A stretch of DNA of 64,000 nucleotides, from NCBI RefSeq assembly GCF_036365525.1, contig NC_090397.1:69445781-69509780 (forward strand). Reading direction: 5' to 3'. The notes below the pieces were generated by a model. The model saw nothing but the letters and a program-made list of their open reading frames with translations. It was not told the origin of the DNA and ran no database searches. Positions 63,313 to 64,000 of the stretch are shown here, piece after piece. The DNA is from Heterodontus francisci. Taxonomy: Eukaryota. Position 1 is the stretch's first letter. Each line of letters starts with the position of its first letter. The translations under genes were made by a program, and so were the position numbers.

Positions 63313-64000
63313 CTGCAAAGGATGAAGAGAATAGACCGTCAATTAGTTGTTTTTTTATAAATATGGAACGTTTCCATGCAATTCCTGGGATATCGCAAAA
63401 GTACCTGCACTGGCCTAGGCCTTGGGTTTCTTGCTGTGTTTCCTTACTATTGCTGGCCAAATCCCGAGCATTCAGTGTTCAGATACTTATATGAGACACT
63501 CCACCTTTCAGGAAGTGATTGCAGCCCTAGCCCTCTAGTACTCTGCACTCAACATCCAATTGTTTACCCCATGATCAATGCTTGCAGACTCCAACATCAC
63601 TAAAACATTCTGGTATCTTTTATTCTATGATACATGCAATGGAACAACATTCACAGAGTTAGGTGATTGTGACTTAAAAGATGCATTTAATTAGGTGCAT
63701 ATTTACTAAGATTGAGCACTGTTGGTTTAATTGCATTAGTCTAGCTGCCTTGGAGTGCAGGAACTAGGCTCAGCCCTTCCATGATTTCCCAAATTAAATG
63801 TCTTTGTTTCGGTATGACAGTGAGATAGAAGTTTAAAAAAAAGATAAACTGTAATGATAGATACATGTGTGCTCAGGGAGATTTTCAAAAGATTTCAGAT
63901 ATGTGAGATCCGTTCTGATGGGATGTTTGGGTGAGGCAGTTGTGGAGGAATGTGGTTTCTGTGAAACTTAACTTCCTCATCCACTCCTCAGTTGGGTCAC

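Overview
Vertebrate genomic DNA, almost certainly from a cartilaginous fish (shark-type HE1/V-SINEs, Deu-domain SINEs, abundant CR1). The whole window lies inside one gene on the minus strand, FRMD4A (FERM domain-containing 4A). Eight GT-AG exons (63312 down to 6708; 676 nt) splice in frame to [226 protein letters not shown]. The introns are filled with CR1, L2, a second CR1/L2-group LINE, an RTE fragment, several SINE families, hAT and PIF/Harbinger-like non-autonomous DNA transposons, a solo LTR, Penelope-like termini and minisatellites. The most notable observations are a candidate 9-nt frame-preserving microexon with a UGC-rich acceptor, a near-identical inverted CR1 pair bracketing three exons (circRNA/dsRNA potential) and minimal hammerhead-ribozyme cores in Penelope-like relics. 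I cannot demonstrate a new biological system from sequence alone. Repeat boundaries are read by eye and approximate unless a TSD is given, and family names are from recall rather than database searches.
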